64,000 nt of DNA from Heteronotia binoei (lineage: Eukaryota), in NCBI RefSeq assembly GCF_032191835.1, contig NC_083235.1:15748001-15812000 (forward strand), read 5' to 3'. The notes below the pieces were generated by a model. The model did no database searches, was not told where the DNA came from, and worked only from the letters and a program-made list of their open reading frames with translations. Position 1 is the stretch's first letter; the number at the start of each line of letters is the position of its first letter. Of the stretch, positions 11,442 to 22,867 are shown in pieces. The position numbers and the translations under genes were made by a program.

Positions 11442-12663
11442 AGAACTATTCCTCAAGGGACGGCTCAGGAGGAAACCTGGCTGAGCCATTCTCTGGGTAT
11501 CACATCCCTGAAGGGTGCCAAGCCATGAACAAAAGCTCATGCAGCTACCAGACCACCTTCTCTTCATGCAATAGCTGTTTGTCAGATCTGCTCAGCAGAA
11601 GGAGGCTTGTGTTAACCCAGAGGAAAAAGCCAAATATATTCCCTCCATCCTGATCTCTCCGTGGGATGGTCCCTCCGTTCTTCAACACCTACAGACTCAC
11701 AGACTCACAGACTCTGCTGCTGCTGCAAACAGAAAGCATCTTTTTGGGGTAGACTTTACCAACTGGGTAAGTAGGAGCCCTGCACGCACTTTTCTTCTTG
11801 TGTTCTCAGAGAAAAAAATGCTTCTCTGTCAGAACATTGCTCATTCTAACTGCCATCTCCTCATCTGTAGACAGCTTCTCAAAGCAGGAGACAGTGAGTA
11901 GTGTGTCCACTGCCATTGAGCAGTGAACAAAATGGAGCTGCCTCATGTCCTTTCTGATGGGTGTCATCGGGAGGAGGAAGAGCCATGGGAAGGGGGGGGA
12001 TGTAGTCAGCACCCTGCAGGAACCATCTCAGGGAGTCTGAGTCCTGCACCTACCTGTTTCCCCCTCCAGTTATCACAACCACCACTGTTGCAGTGTGATG
12101 TCTTCCAGTAAATGCAGGGGAGTATCTCTTATTGCTGCTCCAGTGTCTTCCTGTATATCACACTATCTTACTGACAGCCACAAAATCCAAACTGAACATA
12201 CAAGAACTATAACAAGAAATGAAAATAAGGGAGAAAGTCAGTCGATGGGTGGGTGATTCAAACTAATGTAGGTAGGTCTGGAAGGATTCCTGCTCTGCTT
12301 CATGTGGATGACAAAGGCACTGTGCAGTACATACTTATCATACATGAACACATGAAGCTGCATTATACTGAATCAGCACCTGCACTAGAATAGGCCGTGT
12401 AAAAAGCAAAGCTCATGGTCAATTGCTGCAAAATGTTATCTATTTTTACTATTATCAAAGTGCTCATAAAAAGTAGAAATTCGTATTCATATACTTATAT
12501 ACTGTACAACTGTTGCAATTAACACAATGCAGACTGGAAGAAATATTATTTCATAAAAAAGCTAAAGCTTCAATTGTCCCAAGAAATTAATCCACTCAAA
12601 AGAGCACAGCTCAGTGTAGAAGTGTAGTCCAGTCTCGAATTCGATGGAAAAGCACAACAGCAG

Positions 12664-12894
12664 ACCGGTATCCACACTGTTTCCCAGCAAGCTTCTTCAG
12701 GCGCATATACAATATTGAGATGGTGATACAATCACAGGTTCATTTCAAGTCATGCATGCTGCTGGCGTTACCCCGAACGCTCAGGGGTACTGCCAGCAGC
12801 GTGCATGACTTGAAATGAACCTGTGATTGTATCACCATCTCAATATTGCATATGAGCCTGAAGAAGCTTGCTGGGAAACAGTGTGGATACCGGT
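12664..12894. repeat. 111-bp-arm inverted repeat (Penelope-like fold-back pLTR)
   Basis: Arms 12664-12774 and 12784-12894 with about 5 mismatches and a 9-nt loop; contains a CTGAAGA..GAAAC hammerhead-like core. Confidence 0.85.
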
Positions 12895-14907
12895 TGCATT
12901 TATGCTGAATCCGACCATTGGTCCATTAAGGTCAGTCTTGTCTATTCAACCTGGTGGCTACTTACAGGGGTCCCAGGTAAAGGTCTTTCACATTGTCCAC
13001 TACTTGTGTTGTTTATATATATATATAGCTGCTTTCAGGGGTCCCAGGTAAAGGTCTTTCACATTGCCTACTACCTGTGTTGTTTATATTTATATATATA
13101 TCCACACACACACACACGCACAATAAATAAGCAAGAGGTCAACACCTTGTCTGTCTGCATTTTCCAAGCTGCCAGCTGGCTTGGCTTGGACAGGTGATTT
13201 AAAGAGAGAAATATCTTCTTCAAGGTGGCCAATGGGGCAGTGGGGGCTTTGAGAGCCAAACAATGTATGTAAAAGAGTCACATGTGGCTCCTGAGCTGCA
13301 GTTTGGCAGCTCCTGAGCTACATCTTCTCTAGATAGTCTGCCGTATTGGCTACTTCTCTACTCTCGGCACAAAGACCGGAAGTTTTCACTTTCTTCTAAG
13401 TAAAAGCCAATGTGACCTAAGGCAGGTAGACACTTTCAAAGCTCAATTAACCAATGGTCATTCTGCTGGTCGTCTCTCTCTAGGAAATGAAAACAAACAC
13501 TTTGATATGCTGGCTAGCATAGTTAGTAAAACGTTTTACAATTATCATATAAATCTTTTGTCACATTATAGAGAAGTATATCCCTATAGTATTACAAAGC
13601 AAACTCCATCCTTATAATGTTACAGTGTGCACCCAGATATAGACTCGTTCCATCAAAGACTTCCTCAGGAGTATTCCCTTTTTCTTCAACGTTATCAGCC
13701 CTTTTTTTTTTGCAATTCGGTGTTTATAATGTACATGTAATCAAACAATAATAAAAGCTGCTGTTGCTGCATTAAAAAAATTCTTTCAGACACTGGGTAT
13801 GTATGTTCATTATCAGAAAGGATCTATCCATTCGTTGTTTCTGATCAATGAATAAGCACGGCTTTTATTACGATTTGATTATATGTTTATTGTTTAGTTC
13901 CAATTTGAACAAGGGAAACAAGCACGACCAGGAAGAAGATTTAAGAAACATATCATAAGAACATAAGAGAAGCCATGCTGGATCAGGCCAGTGGCCCATC
14001 CAGTGCAATACTTTGTCACACAGTAGCTATAATCCAGATAAATGTTGTTGCTTGTTGCTGTCTGAATATTACTGAATCCCTCATACACAGTCCTGTTGAA
14101 CTATTTGGACTAGAAGTCTTCAAAGTAAAATTGGTGAGTTGGAATGTTTAGTGTTGGGGGAAAACATAGACACTGTGGGAATTTCAGAAACTTGGTGGAA
14201 TGAGGAGAATCAGTGGGACATGGTGATTCCTGGATATAAGTTATATCAGAAGGATAGGGAGGGAAGGGTTGGAGGTGGGGTGGCTCTGTATGTCAGAGAG
14301 GGCATACGGTCCAGTAAGACTGAGGTCAGAGAATTAGATTCCCTTCTAGAAATGCTTTGGGTTGAAATAGAAAGCCTAAAAGGAATTTTAACTATGGGAG
14401 TTTATCGCCCACTAAATCAAAAGATAGAGGACAATTATAATATGATGGAAGGATTAAAGATAGCGGCTAAATGTAAAAACTGTGTTGTAATAGGTGATTT
14501 TAACTACCCGCAGATTGATTGGGTCAATATGTGTTCAGGTCGAGAAAAAGAGATTGAGTTTCTAGATGCTCTCAATGACTGTTCTATGGAGCAGATGGTC
14601 ACAGAACCTACCAGGGGTGGGGAGATCCTGGATTTGGTCCTAAGTAATCCCCAAGATTTGGTGAAAGATGTAAAAGTGATCGCATTGCTTGGGAGCAGTG
14701 ACCATAACATTATTGATTTCACCATTTGTATATATAGGGAGTTGCCCCAAAAGACCAGCACAACCACGTTTAACTTTAAAAGGGGTAAATTCTGGGGGGG
14801 CGGAGCGTCACGGAGCAATGGCGGACGCTTAATTGCAGTGCTCTCCCTCTCTACTTTACTTTTGTGATGACAACTTGGAAAACATCGGGCTAAAATAGCT
14901 TATTTTA

Positions 14908-15855
14908 ATGGAAAAGGCTTCTAAACTCAAACGGAGCGCAAGAAAGCCTAATCCAAAGTCAGTGAAAGACTTTTTCGGTGCAGGAAACTCAGCAGCAGCA
15001 GGGAGGGCAAGAAAGGCCTCTGATAAGAAAATGGCAGCCACAAAGAACAGCAATACCCTGGGGCAAACGAATGATGACTCTGCCTCAATAACAAAAGGAG
15101 ACCTCCTTCTCTTAAGGCAAGATTTGAATAATGACTTTAAAAGTGCTATTGCTAACTGTTTAGAACCCATTAACAAAAAGTTAACTGAGCTGACAACGGA
15201 GTTAGATGTGACCGCAAAAATGGCAGAGCAGGCAGCAGAAGCCTCTCTGGGTTTAAAAACGGAGATACAAACTATAAAAACAAAAGAACAACATTTAGAG
15301 GAGAGAATTATTATGTTGGAACAGAGATGGAGGAATCTGAACTTGAAGTTTAGGGGGATTGAGGAGGGCGTGGAGTTAAGATCTGATTTATCAGTATACA
15401 TGGCAAAATGGCTAGCACGTGCTCTTTCGCTGGAAGAAGGCTCATCCCCAGTTATAGCACGAGCCTATAGACTGGGCCCCCTATCATTAGCAAAGAAACA
15501 CAGACCTCGGGATATCTTAGTTCAGTTCATCTATCCAAGAGCAAGGGACAGGATTCTACAGGAAGTTAGATCCAAAGGAACACTAATGCATAATGACCGG
15601 AGAATTCTGGTTTTACTGGATCTTTCACACGAGGCTCTGGAGAAACGCAGACGGTTAAAAATTTTCGCGGCTAAACTGTTTAAAACCAACATCAAGTTTA
15701 AATGGAACAATGCTTCAGATATTCTCATGCACAGGAACGGCTCAACACTTAAGATTGACTCAATAACCATCGGGAAAGAAGTGCTCTCTCAACTCAATAT
15801 CAAACTCACGGAGGAGGAAGAAAAAGAGCTCCAAGCAATATATAATTCTACTTGA
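14908..15855 (+). CDS. L1-a ORF1p (315 aa; coiled coil, RRM, CTD)
   Basis: Intact ORF; NLKFRGIEE, RAYRLG, PRDILVQF, LSHEALEKRR. Confidence 0.88.
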   Translation: MEKASKLKRSARKPNPKSVKDFFGAGNSAAAGRARKASDKKMAATKNSNTLGQTNDDSASITKGDLLLLRQDLNNDFKSAIANCLEPINKKLTELTTELDVTAKMAEQAAEASLGLKTEIQTIKTKEQHLEERIIMLEQRWRNLNLKFRGIEEGVELRSDLSVYMAKWLARALSLEEGSSPVIARAYRLGPLSLAKKHRPRDILVQFIYPRARDRILQEVRSKGTLMHNDRRILVLLDLSHEALEKRRRLKIFAAKLFKTNIKFKWNNASDILMHRNGSTLKIDSITIGKEVLSQLNIKLTEEEEKELQAIYNST

Positions 15856-17022
15856 AAGGATTTTAATCTTGCCATCACTTATTTTACTACACCTAAGAGG
15901 ACAGCCCACTAGTTGGAGCTAAAGTGCTTTATTAGATGACTGTTTATAACTAATATCCTGTTGCTCTTCTCAGTAAGGTTTTTTTGTTCATCCATCTGGA
16001 AACTGAAGTTTATGCTTTTAGTATTTGTGGTAAGAGGAGTGTGTTATTTGGAGTGGATTTAATTAAGAATGTGGGGGGAGAAAGTTGAGTGATGAATGGG
16101 AGAGATGTAGTGTGATTGGAAATATAAGAAAATAAATGTGTGAATTGGGTTAAAGATTATTGTTTTTAAATTCATAGGATTAATTATTGTTATGTTGGTT
16201 TTATGTATGTATGAATGTATGTGTGGGTGTATATGTATGCATATGTGTGTGTGGGTGTAGGTATGGGTGCGTGTATGTGTATATTTATTTATTTATACAA
16301 ATAGATTTTATGATCAACTTATTTCAAAGTTGAAATCAATTTTTAGGTAGAAGTTAGATATTTTTTGAAGGTTTTGAGTGTTGACGTATGGGTGAATTTA
16401 TAAGGGTATGATTAGGAGGGTAAGATGAAAAATGACTGCTTATAGGTTTTATAAGGGTAATAGATTGATTAGACAAATATACATTTTGATGTTTTTTGGG
16501 TTGGAAAATATGATAAGATCAATTCATACGTGAAATTAATATAATAGGAACAAAGTTGTGATATGTGTTAGACAATACTATAAGTGTTGCTTCATTGTGT
16601 TAAATTAATATGACCCCATATTACTAGTGCTTGACTTTTAGGGTAACAGGTGGCTGTTTCGTGCGATTGATAACAGTTTATTTTTTTTTAAAAAAGCCCG
16701 ATATTAATTTTGATGTGGAAGGGAGGGGGGAAATATAAGGTTTAAAGTTAAATAGTTCTACTTTGGTGCCTCCTGAACTATAGTCTGTTTCCACATAGGG
16801 ACTCTCTTTGTATTCAGTCTCTATATTCCCTTCCTAAGTGAAGGGACTGGAAACTTTCCCCCCAGTTGGAGACGGGGGTGTGTGGTGGTTTTTTAAGTGC
16901 AACTAACTGTTATTTAATTTTTGTCTACTAAAAGGCCTATTCTGTGGACATCAGTTATCATTTATAATTTGTTGGAGACCATTTTTAATTGTTTGCACCC
17001 TCGGTGTTAAAAGAGGGTAGTT

Positions 17023-20000
17023 ATGCCAGTTAACTATAAGGTTTTATCTTGGAATTGCAGAGGCTTCAAAAATCCAATAAAACAAAAAAGAATTTCGAAT
17101 CTAATTAAAAAGGAAAGACTAAATATCATTTGTCTTCAGGAGACGCTTGTTAAAAAGGTGAAAACTCAGCTATTAAAATCAAATTGGATATCGCAGTCCT
17201 ATTATGCTACAGGCTCCTCCAAAGCTAGGGGGGTGGCGGTCCTATTTTCCAAAACTACTGTTTTCAAGTGTTTAAATACTAAAATTGATCCTAATGGTAG
17301 GTATATTTTTGTAGCAGGAAAGTTGGATGGCCATTTGATAACAGTAGCATCAATATATGCTCCCAATGCAGACCAGATCCAATTTTTACAGTCAACTTTG
17401 AATGATTTGCAGTCTTTCCAAACAGGTGAACTTATCATTGGCTGTGACTTAAACTGCATAATTAACCCTAATCTTGATAAATCTTTTAAAACAAGGAAAG
17501 AGTCTAGGCATAGTCAAATGACGGAACTGGGGAAACTTCTGACTACTTTTAACATCACTGATGTCTGGAGGGAATTTAATCCAGGGACCCGGGAGTATAC
17601 TTATTATTCTCACCTTCATGACACCTACACCAGAATCGATTTCATTTTAGCTTCAACTTCTTTTGTCAAAAATATGGTCTCTATTGATATAGGGTCTAGG
17701 ACTATATCAGACCATTCTTGGATTACAAGTTCATTTAGTTTGTCTCCTGAAAGGGGGGAGAAACCTTCATGGATGCTGAATAAATTTTTATTGTGTAGTG
17801 AGTCAGTCTGCACAGTAATTGAGAAAAACAGAAAAGAATATTTTTTATTTAACTCTGACTGTGGTGCTTCCCAGGAGAATGTGTGGGAGGCCTTTAAGGC
17901 CACATTAAGAGGCAGTCTGATCTCTCTTTCTTCGGCTTGTAAGAAAGAGAAAAATAAGAAACAATTACAGTTGCAATTGGAAATACAAAGCTTAGAAAAA
18001 AAAACATATGAAGCAGGGAGGTAAACGTACTTTGAAGAAACTGAATAATGCTCGTTCTAAATTGGAATTATTGGAGACTGATTCAATTCAGAAGGATATT
18101 ATATATGCTAAGCAAAGATTTATAACTAAAACTCCAAAATTTTTGAAACTATTAAAATACAGAATACAGAAAAAGAAAGCTAATACCTTGATTTATTCTA
18201 TTAAAAATCAGCAAAACAAGTCAGTCATTTCTTCTAAAGACATAGCGGAGGTATTCGTGAACTATTATAAACAACTCTACTCTACAACAAATCCCAAACC
18301 CCAAGACATAAGACAGTATTTAGACTCCATTAATTTTAATAGAAAACTGTCCTCAGACCATCTGGGGCTGCTTGAGAAGCCAGTCACAGTTCCAGAATTA
18401 GAAAAAATTCTTTCTTTAATTAAAAATAATAAGGCCCCAGGAAGGGATGGATACCCAGTAGAATTCTATAAGAAGTTTAAAACAAGTCTGCTTCAGCCCT
18501 TAGTTAACATCTGTAATCATGTAATGGAATCTGGTAAGGTACCCCCTTCCTGGTTGGAAGCACGTATGGTAGTCATTCATAAATCTGGTAGAGATAAAGA
18601 ATACCCAACTTCATGCCGACCGATTTCGGTACTCAACCACGACTTCAAGGTTTTTTCAACACTACTAGCAAGTCGTCTGAGTGCCATAATAGATCAGTAT
18701 GTGCATATGGATCAAACAGGGTTTATTCCGGGCCGATCGTTATCTGACAATGTAAGGAAAACCTTAAATCTCATCACGTATTGTAGCGCTAAAAAAGTAC
18801 CTTCAGTTATATTGTCACTGGATGCGGATAAAGCATTTGACAGAGTGGAACCAGTTTATTTGCAAACTCTATTAAAGGTGATGGATTTTGGCCCTAAATT
18901 TTTAAGGTCTATAGCTGCAATATATTCAAAACCAACTGCAAGCATTAGCTTGAATGGCTATCTTTCAAAAGACTTCCCTCTTTATAGAGGAACCAGACAG
19001 GGTTGCCCCCTCTCTCCTTATTTATTTGCTTTATCTTTGGAACCTCTTTCCTATGTTATTCGTTCAGACACTGAAATTCATGGTGTAGAAGTCAATAAAA
19101 CAGTTTATAAAGCAAGTTATTTTGCAGACGATGCAGTATTTTATCTATCTCAGCCGATCTCTTCTTTGACTAACGTCATGAAAGAAATTGATAAATTTAG
19201 CACATATTCAGGGTTTGTAATCAATTACAATAAGTCAGAGTTATATCCCATTTATCTTGAAGATAAAGGGGACAATACTAGGGACAATATTTCTAAATCT
19301 TTCCCATTCAAATGGGTAAAAGAGAAATGGTGACATCTGGGAATACTTATCCCTACTAACCTTCAAAAATTATTTAGCTGCAACTTCAACCCCTTAATAG
19401 AAGAAATGCATTCCACTATTATAGACTGGGCCAAACTTTCTTTTTCCTTGATGGAAAAAATTGATCTGATTAAATCCTTTCTGTTTCCTAAATTCCTTTT
19501 TAGATTTCAAAATATTCCAATATGGATCCCTGGGACCTTTTTTAAAAAATGGCAGAAATTAATTCTCTCATTCCTATGGAATGGGAAAAAAGCAAGGATA
19601 TCCACACAACTACTAACTAGACCTACTAAAAGAGGTGGTTTAGGCCTTCCAGATCTTTATACATATTATATATCAGCTAACCTTCGGCATATAGTGTCTT
19701 ATGCCAGCCCTACCCAGCAGATATCTTGGACCCAAATTGAACAGTCCTCTCTTGCCCATCCCTTTTTAAATGAAGTCCTTTGGAATGATAAAAAAGATAG
19801 GAGATGGCAGGAGGTACATAACCCGTATTTGAAATTTACCTTAGAACTGTGGGATAAAGTAAGAGGCCAGTTGGCCCCTCCAACCTCTCCAATGATGGCA
19901 TTTCTGGGGCAAACCTGGTTTGTCCCAGGAAAAGCCTCTTTAACTTTTGGGGAGTGGAGAAAAAAGGGCTTATATAGGTTAAATGACCTAGCAATTGCAG

Positions 20001-20872
20001 GTAAATTAGGAACTAGGGAACAACTAGAGGAGAAACACCATATTACTATTTCATGGTTCCAATACTATCAAATCCATCAGGCTTTTCACCATGTAATTCC
20101 ACTAATTTATAAAACTAAACAACTGAATAACTTTGAAAAAGTGCTAAAATCAGGAAGAACAAATTTGAAAGGCATTATTTCAATAATTTATACAATTTTG
20201 ATGGATAAAATATGGCTGCTACCTACCTCACAGCAAAATGCATGGCAAAGAGACTGCGATACACAATTTACTGAAGACGACTGGGTTCAGATTTGGAACT
20301 CACCCCTTTTAAAGAGCAGAGCTATAAATATTCATACGCAACAATTTAAACTCCTTTCACGTTGGTATTTGACTCCTTTAAAAATTTTTCGAAGTAAACT
20401 TAATAATAACGTGGAATGTTGGAAAGGGTGCGGTAAGGAGGGCAACTTTCTTCATTGTTGGTGGCTATGCCCTGAAATTCAAAAGTATTGGGCTCGGTTG
20501 ATAGCGAAAATATCTGAAATAGTTGGCTGTATGGTACCTTTAACACCAGAATCAGTACTTTTAAATCTCTGGCCAGATAGTTTTTCCACTCCTCAACGCA
20601 AAGAGCTTATTGCTTACTTGATATTGGCAGGTAAAATTTTAGTAGCTCAGAAGTGGAAAAAACCTAATCTTCCTACTATGGATGAATGGTTTGCGAAAGT
20701 CAGGGAGCTTATTGTGCAAGATAAATTGTCCACACAGCTTTTAATCATGGAAACACCGAACTATAAGAATAACTTTATTGAAAAATGGTTTCCATATCTT
20801 GAATATGTGAACTCAATTGCCTCTGTAGAAGAAATATTGCCTCCTGAATTGTTGAACTTTATTGTTCTGTAA
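17023..20872 (+). pseudogene. L1-a ORF2 (EN-RT-CCHC) with a +1 frameshift in an A-run near 18000 and an in-frame TGA at 19331-19333
   Basis: SWNCRG, QET, SDH (APE); RQGCPLSP, FADD (RT); CWKGC..HCWWLC. Three ORF pieces join with only two lesions. Confidence 0.93.
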
Positions 20873-22867
20873 TTGATTGATCTATGCTTCTTTTTTGTAA
20901 AACCAAACTTTGATATAACTTTTGTATAAGCGTTATTTAAGTTCTTGTTTGTAACTTTTTTTTAACAATAAAATTGAATTAAAAAAAAAAAGGGGTAAAT
21001 TCTCTGAGATGAGGAGGCATGTGAAGAGGAAACTGAAAGGAAAGGTAAATACAGTCAAAACCCTTGGGAAAGCTTGAAGGCTATTTAAAACTACAATCCT
21101 AGAAGCTCAGATAAAATATATACCACAAGTTAGGAAAGGCACAAACAGGTATAAGAGAAGGCCTGCATGGTTAACAAACAAAGTAATGGAAGTTGTAAAA
21201 GGTAAGAAGGACTCCTTTAAACTGTGGAAAGCTAGTCCAACTAAGATTAATAAAAGGGAACACAGGCTGTGGCAAATCAAATGCAAGACTGTGAGCAGGC
21301 AGGCAAAAAGGGACTATGAGGAGCATATTGCAAAAAACATAAAGACCAACAATAAAAATGTCTTCAAATATATTAGAAGCAGGAAACTAGCCAGGGAGGC
21401 AGTGGGGCCCTTGGATGACCAGGGGGTAAAAGGATTACTGAAGGAGGATAGGGAAATGGCTGAGAAGCTGAATGCATTTTTTTTTGCCTTCGTCTTCACT
21501 GTGGAAGTGCCCACTCCAGAACCACTAATTTTGGAAGGGGTGTTGAAAGACCTGGGTCAGATTGAGGTGACAAGAGAGGAGGTCCTACAACTGATAGACG
21601 AATTAAAAACTAATAAGTCACCAGGTCCGGATGGCATACATCCAAGAGTTCTGAAAGAACTCAAAGTTGAACTTGTGGATCTTCTGACAAAAATATGTAA
21701 TCCTTTATTGAAATCTGCCTCCGTTCCTGAGGACTGGAAGGTAGCAAATGTCACCCTCATCTTTAAAAAGGGTTCCAGAGGAGATCCGGGAAATTACAGG
21801 CCAGTCAGTCCAACTTCAATACTGGGAAAGTTGGTAGAAACCATTATCAAGGTCAGAATGAGTAGTCACATTGATGAACACAAGTTATTCAGGAAGATTC
21901 AGCATGGGTTCTGTAAGGGAAGATCTTGCCTCACTAACCTCACTTACAGTTCTTTGAGGGGGTGAACAAACATGTGGACAAAGGGGACCCAACAGATATT
22001 GTTTACCTTGACTTCCAGAAAGCTTTTGATAAAGTTTCTCATCAAAGGCTCCTTAGTAAGCTCGAGAGTCATGGAGTAAAAGGACAGGTTCTCTTGTGGA
22101 TCAAAAACTGGCTAATTAATAGGAAGCAAAGAGTGAGTATTAATGGGCAGTCTTCGCAGTGGAGGACGGTAAGCAGTGGGGTGCCACAGGGCTCAGTACT
22201 AGGTCCTATGCTCTTTAACTTGTTCATTAATGATATGGAGTTGGGAGTAAGCAGTGAAGTTGCCAAGTTTGCAGATGACACTAAATTGTTCAGGGTGGTG
22301 AGAACCAGAGAGGATTGTGAGGCACTCCAAAGGGATCTGTTGAGGCTGGGTGAGTGGGTGCCAACGTGGCAGATGAAGTTCAATGTGGCCAAGTGCAAAG
22401 TAATGCACATTGGGGCCAAGAATCCCAGCTACAAACACAAGTTGATGGGGTGTGAACTGGCACAGACTGACCAAGAGAGAGATCTTGGGGTTGTGGTAGA
22501 TAACTCACTGAAAATGTCAAGACAATCTGCGATTGTAATAAAAAAGGCCAACGCCATGCTGGGAATTATTAGGAAGGGAATTGAAAACAAATCAGCCAGT
22601 ATCTTAATGCCCCTGTATAAATCGATGGTGCGGTCTCATTTGGAGTACTGTTTGCAATTCTGGTCACCGCACCTCAAAAAGGATATTATAGCATTGGAAA
22701 AAGTCCAGGGCAACTATGAAGAAAGGTTAAAACACTTGGGGCTCTTTAGCTTGGAGAAACGTCGACTGCGGGGTGACATGATAGAGGTTTACAAGATTAT
22801 GCATGGGATGGAGAAAGTAGAGAAAGAAGTACTTTTCTCCCTTTCTCTCAATACAAGAACTCGTGGG

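Larger units (their letters stand above)
14794..20987 (+). mobile_element. Full-length L1 (L1-a), about 6.2 kb, with 16-bp TSD
   Basis: TSD aaaaggggtaaattct at 14778-14793 and 20988-21003; TT/AAAA-type target; G-rich 5' end with ATGGCG; AATAAA and poly(A) at the 3' end. Confidence 0.95.
14112..22867 (+). mobile_element. CR1 LINE ORF2 (decayed), split by an L1 (14794-20987) and cut off at the 3' end by a junction to Gypsy gag
   Basis: APE (GISETWW, GDFNYP, LDLVL, SDH) at 14112-14793; RT (QHGF, YLDFQKAFDKV, GVPQGSVLGP, FADDTKL) at 21004-22867. Absent from unit C at 34354. Confidence 0.92.

Noticed and set aside
11120-11653. Domesticated L1TD1-like host gene
   Set aside because: It is a partial ORF1 with upstream stops that reads through the TSD into flanking DNA, and it is absent from paralogous units.
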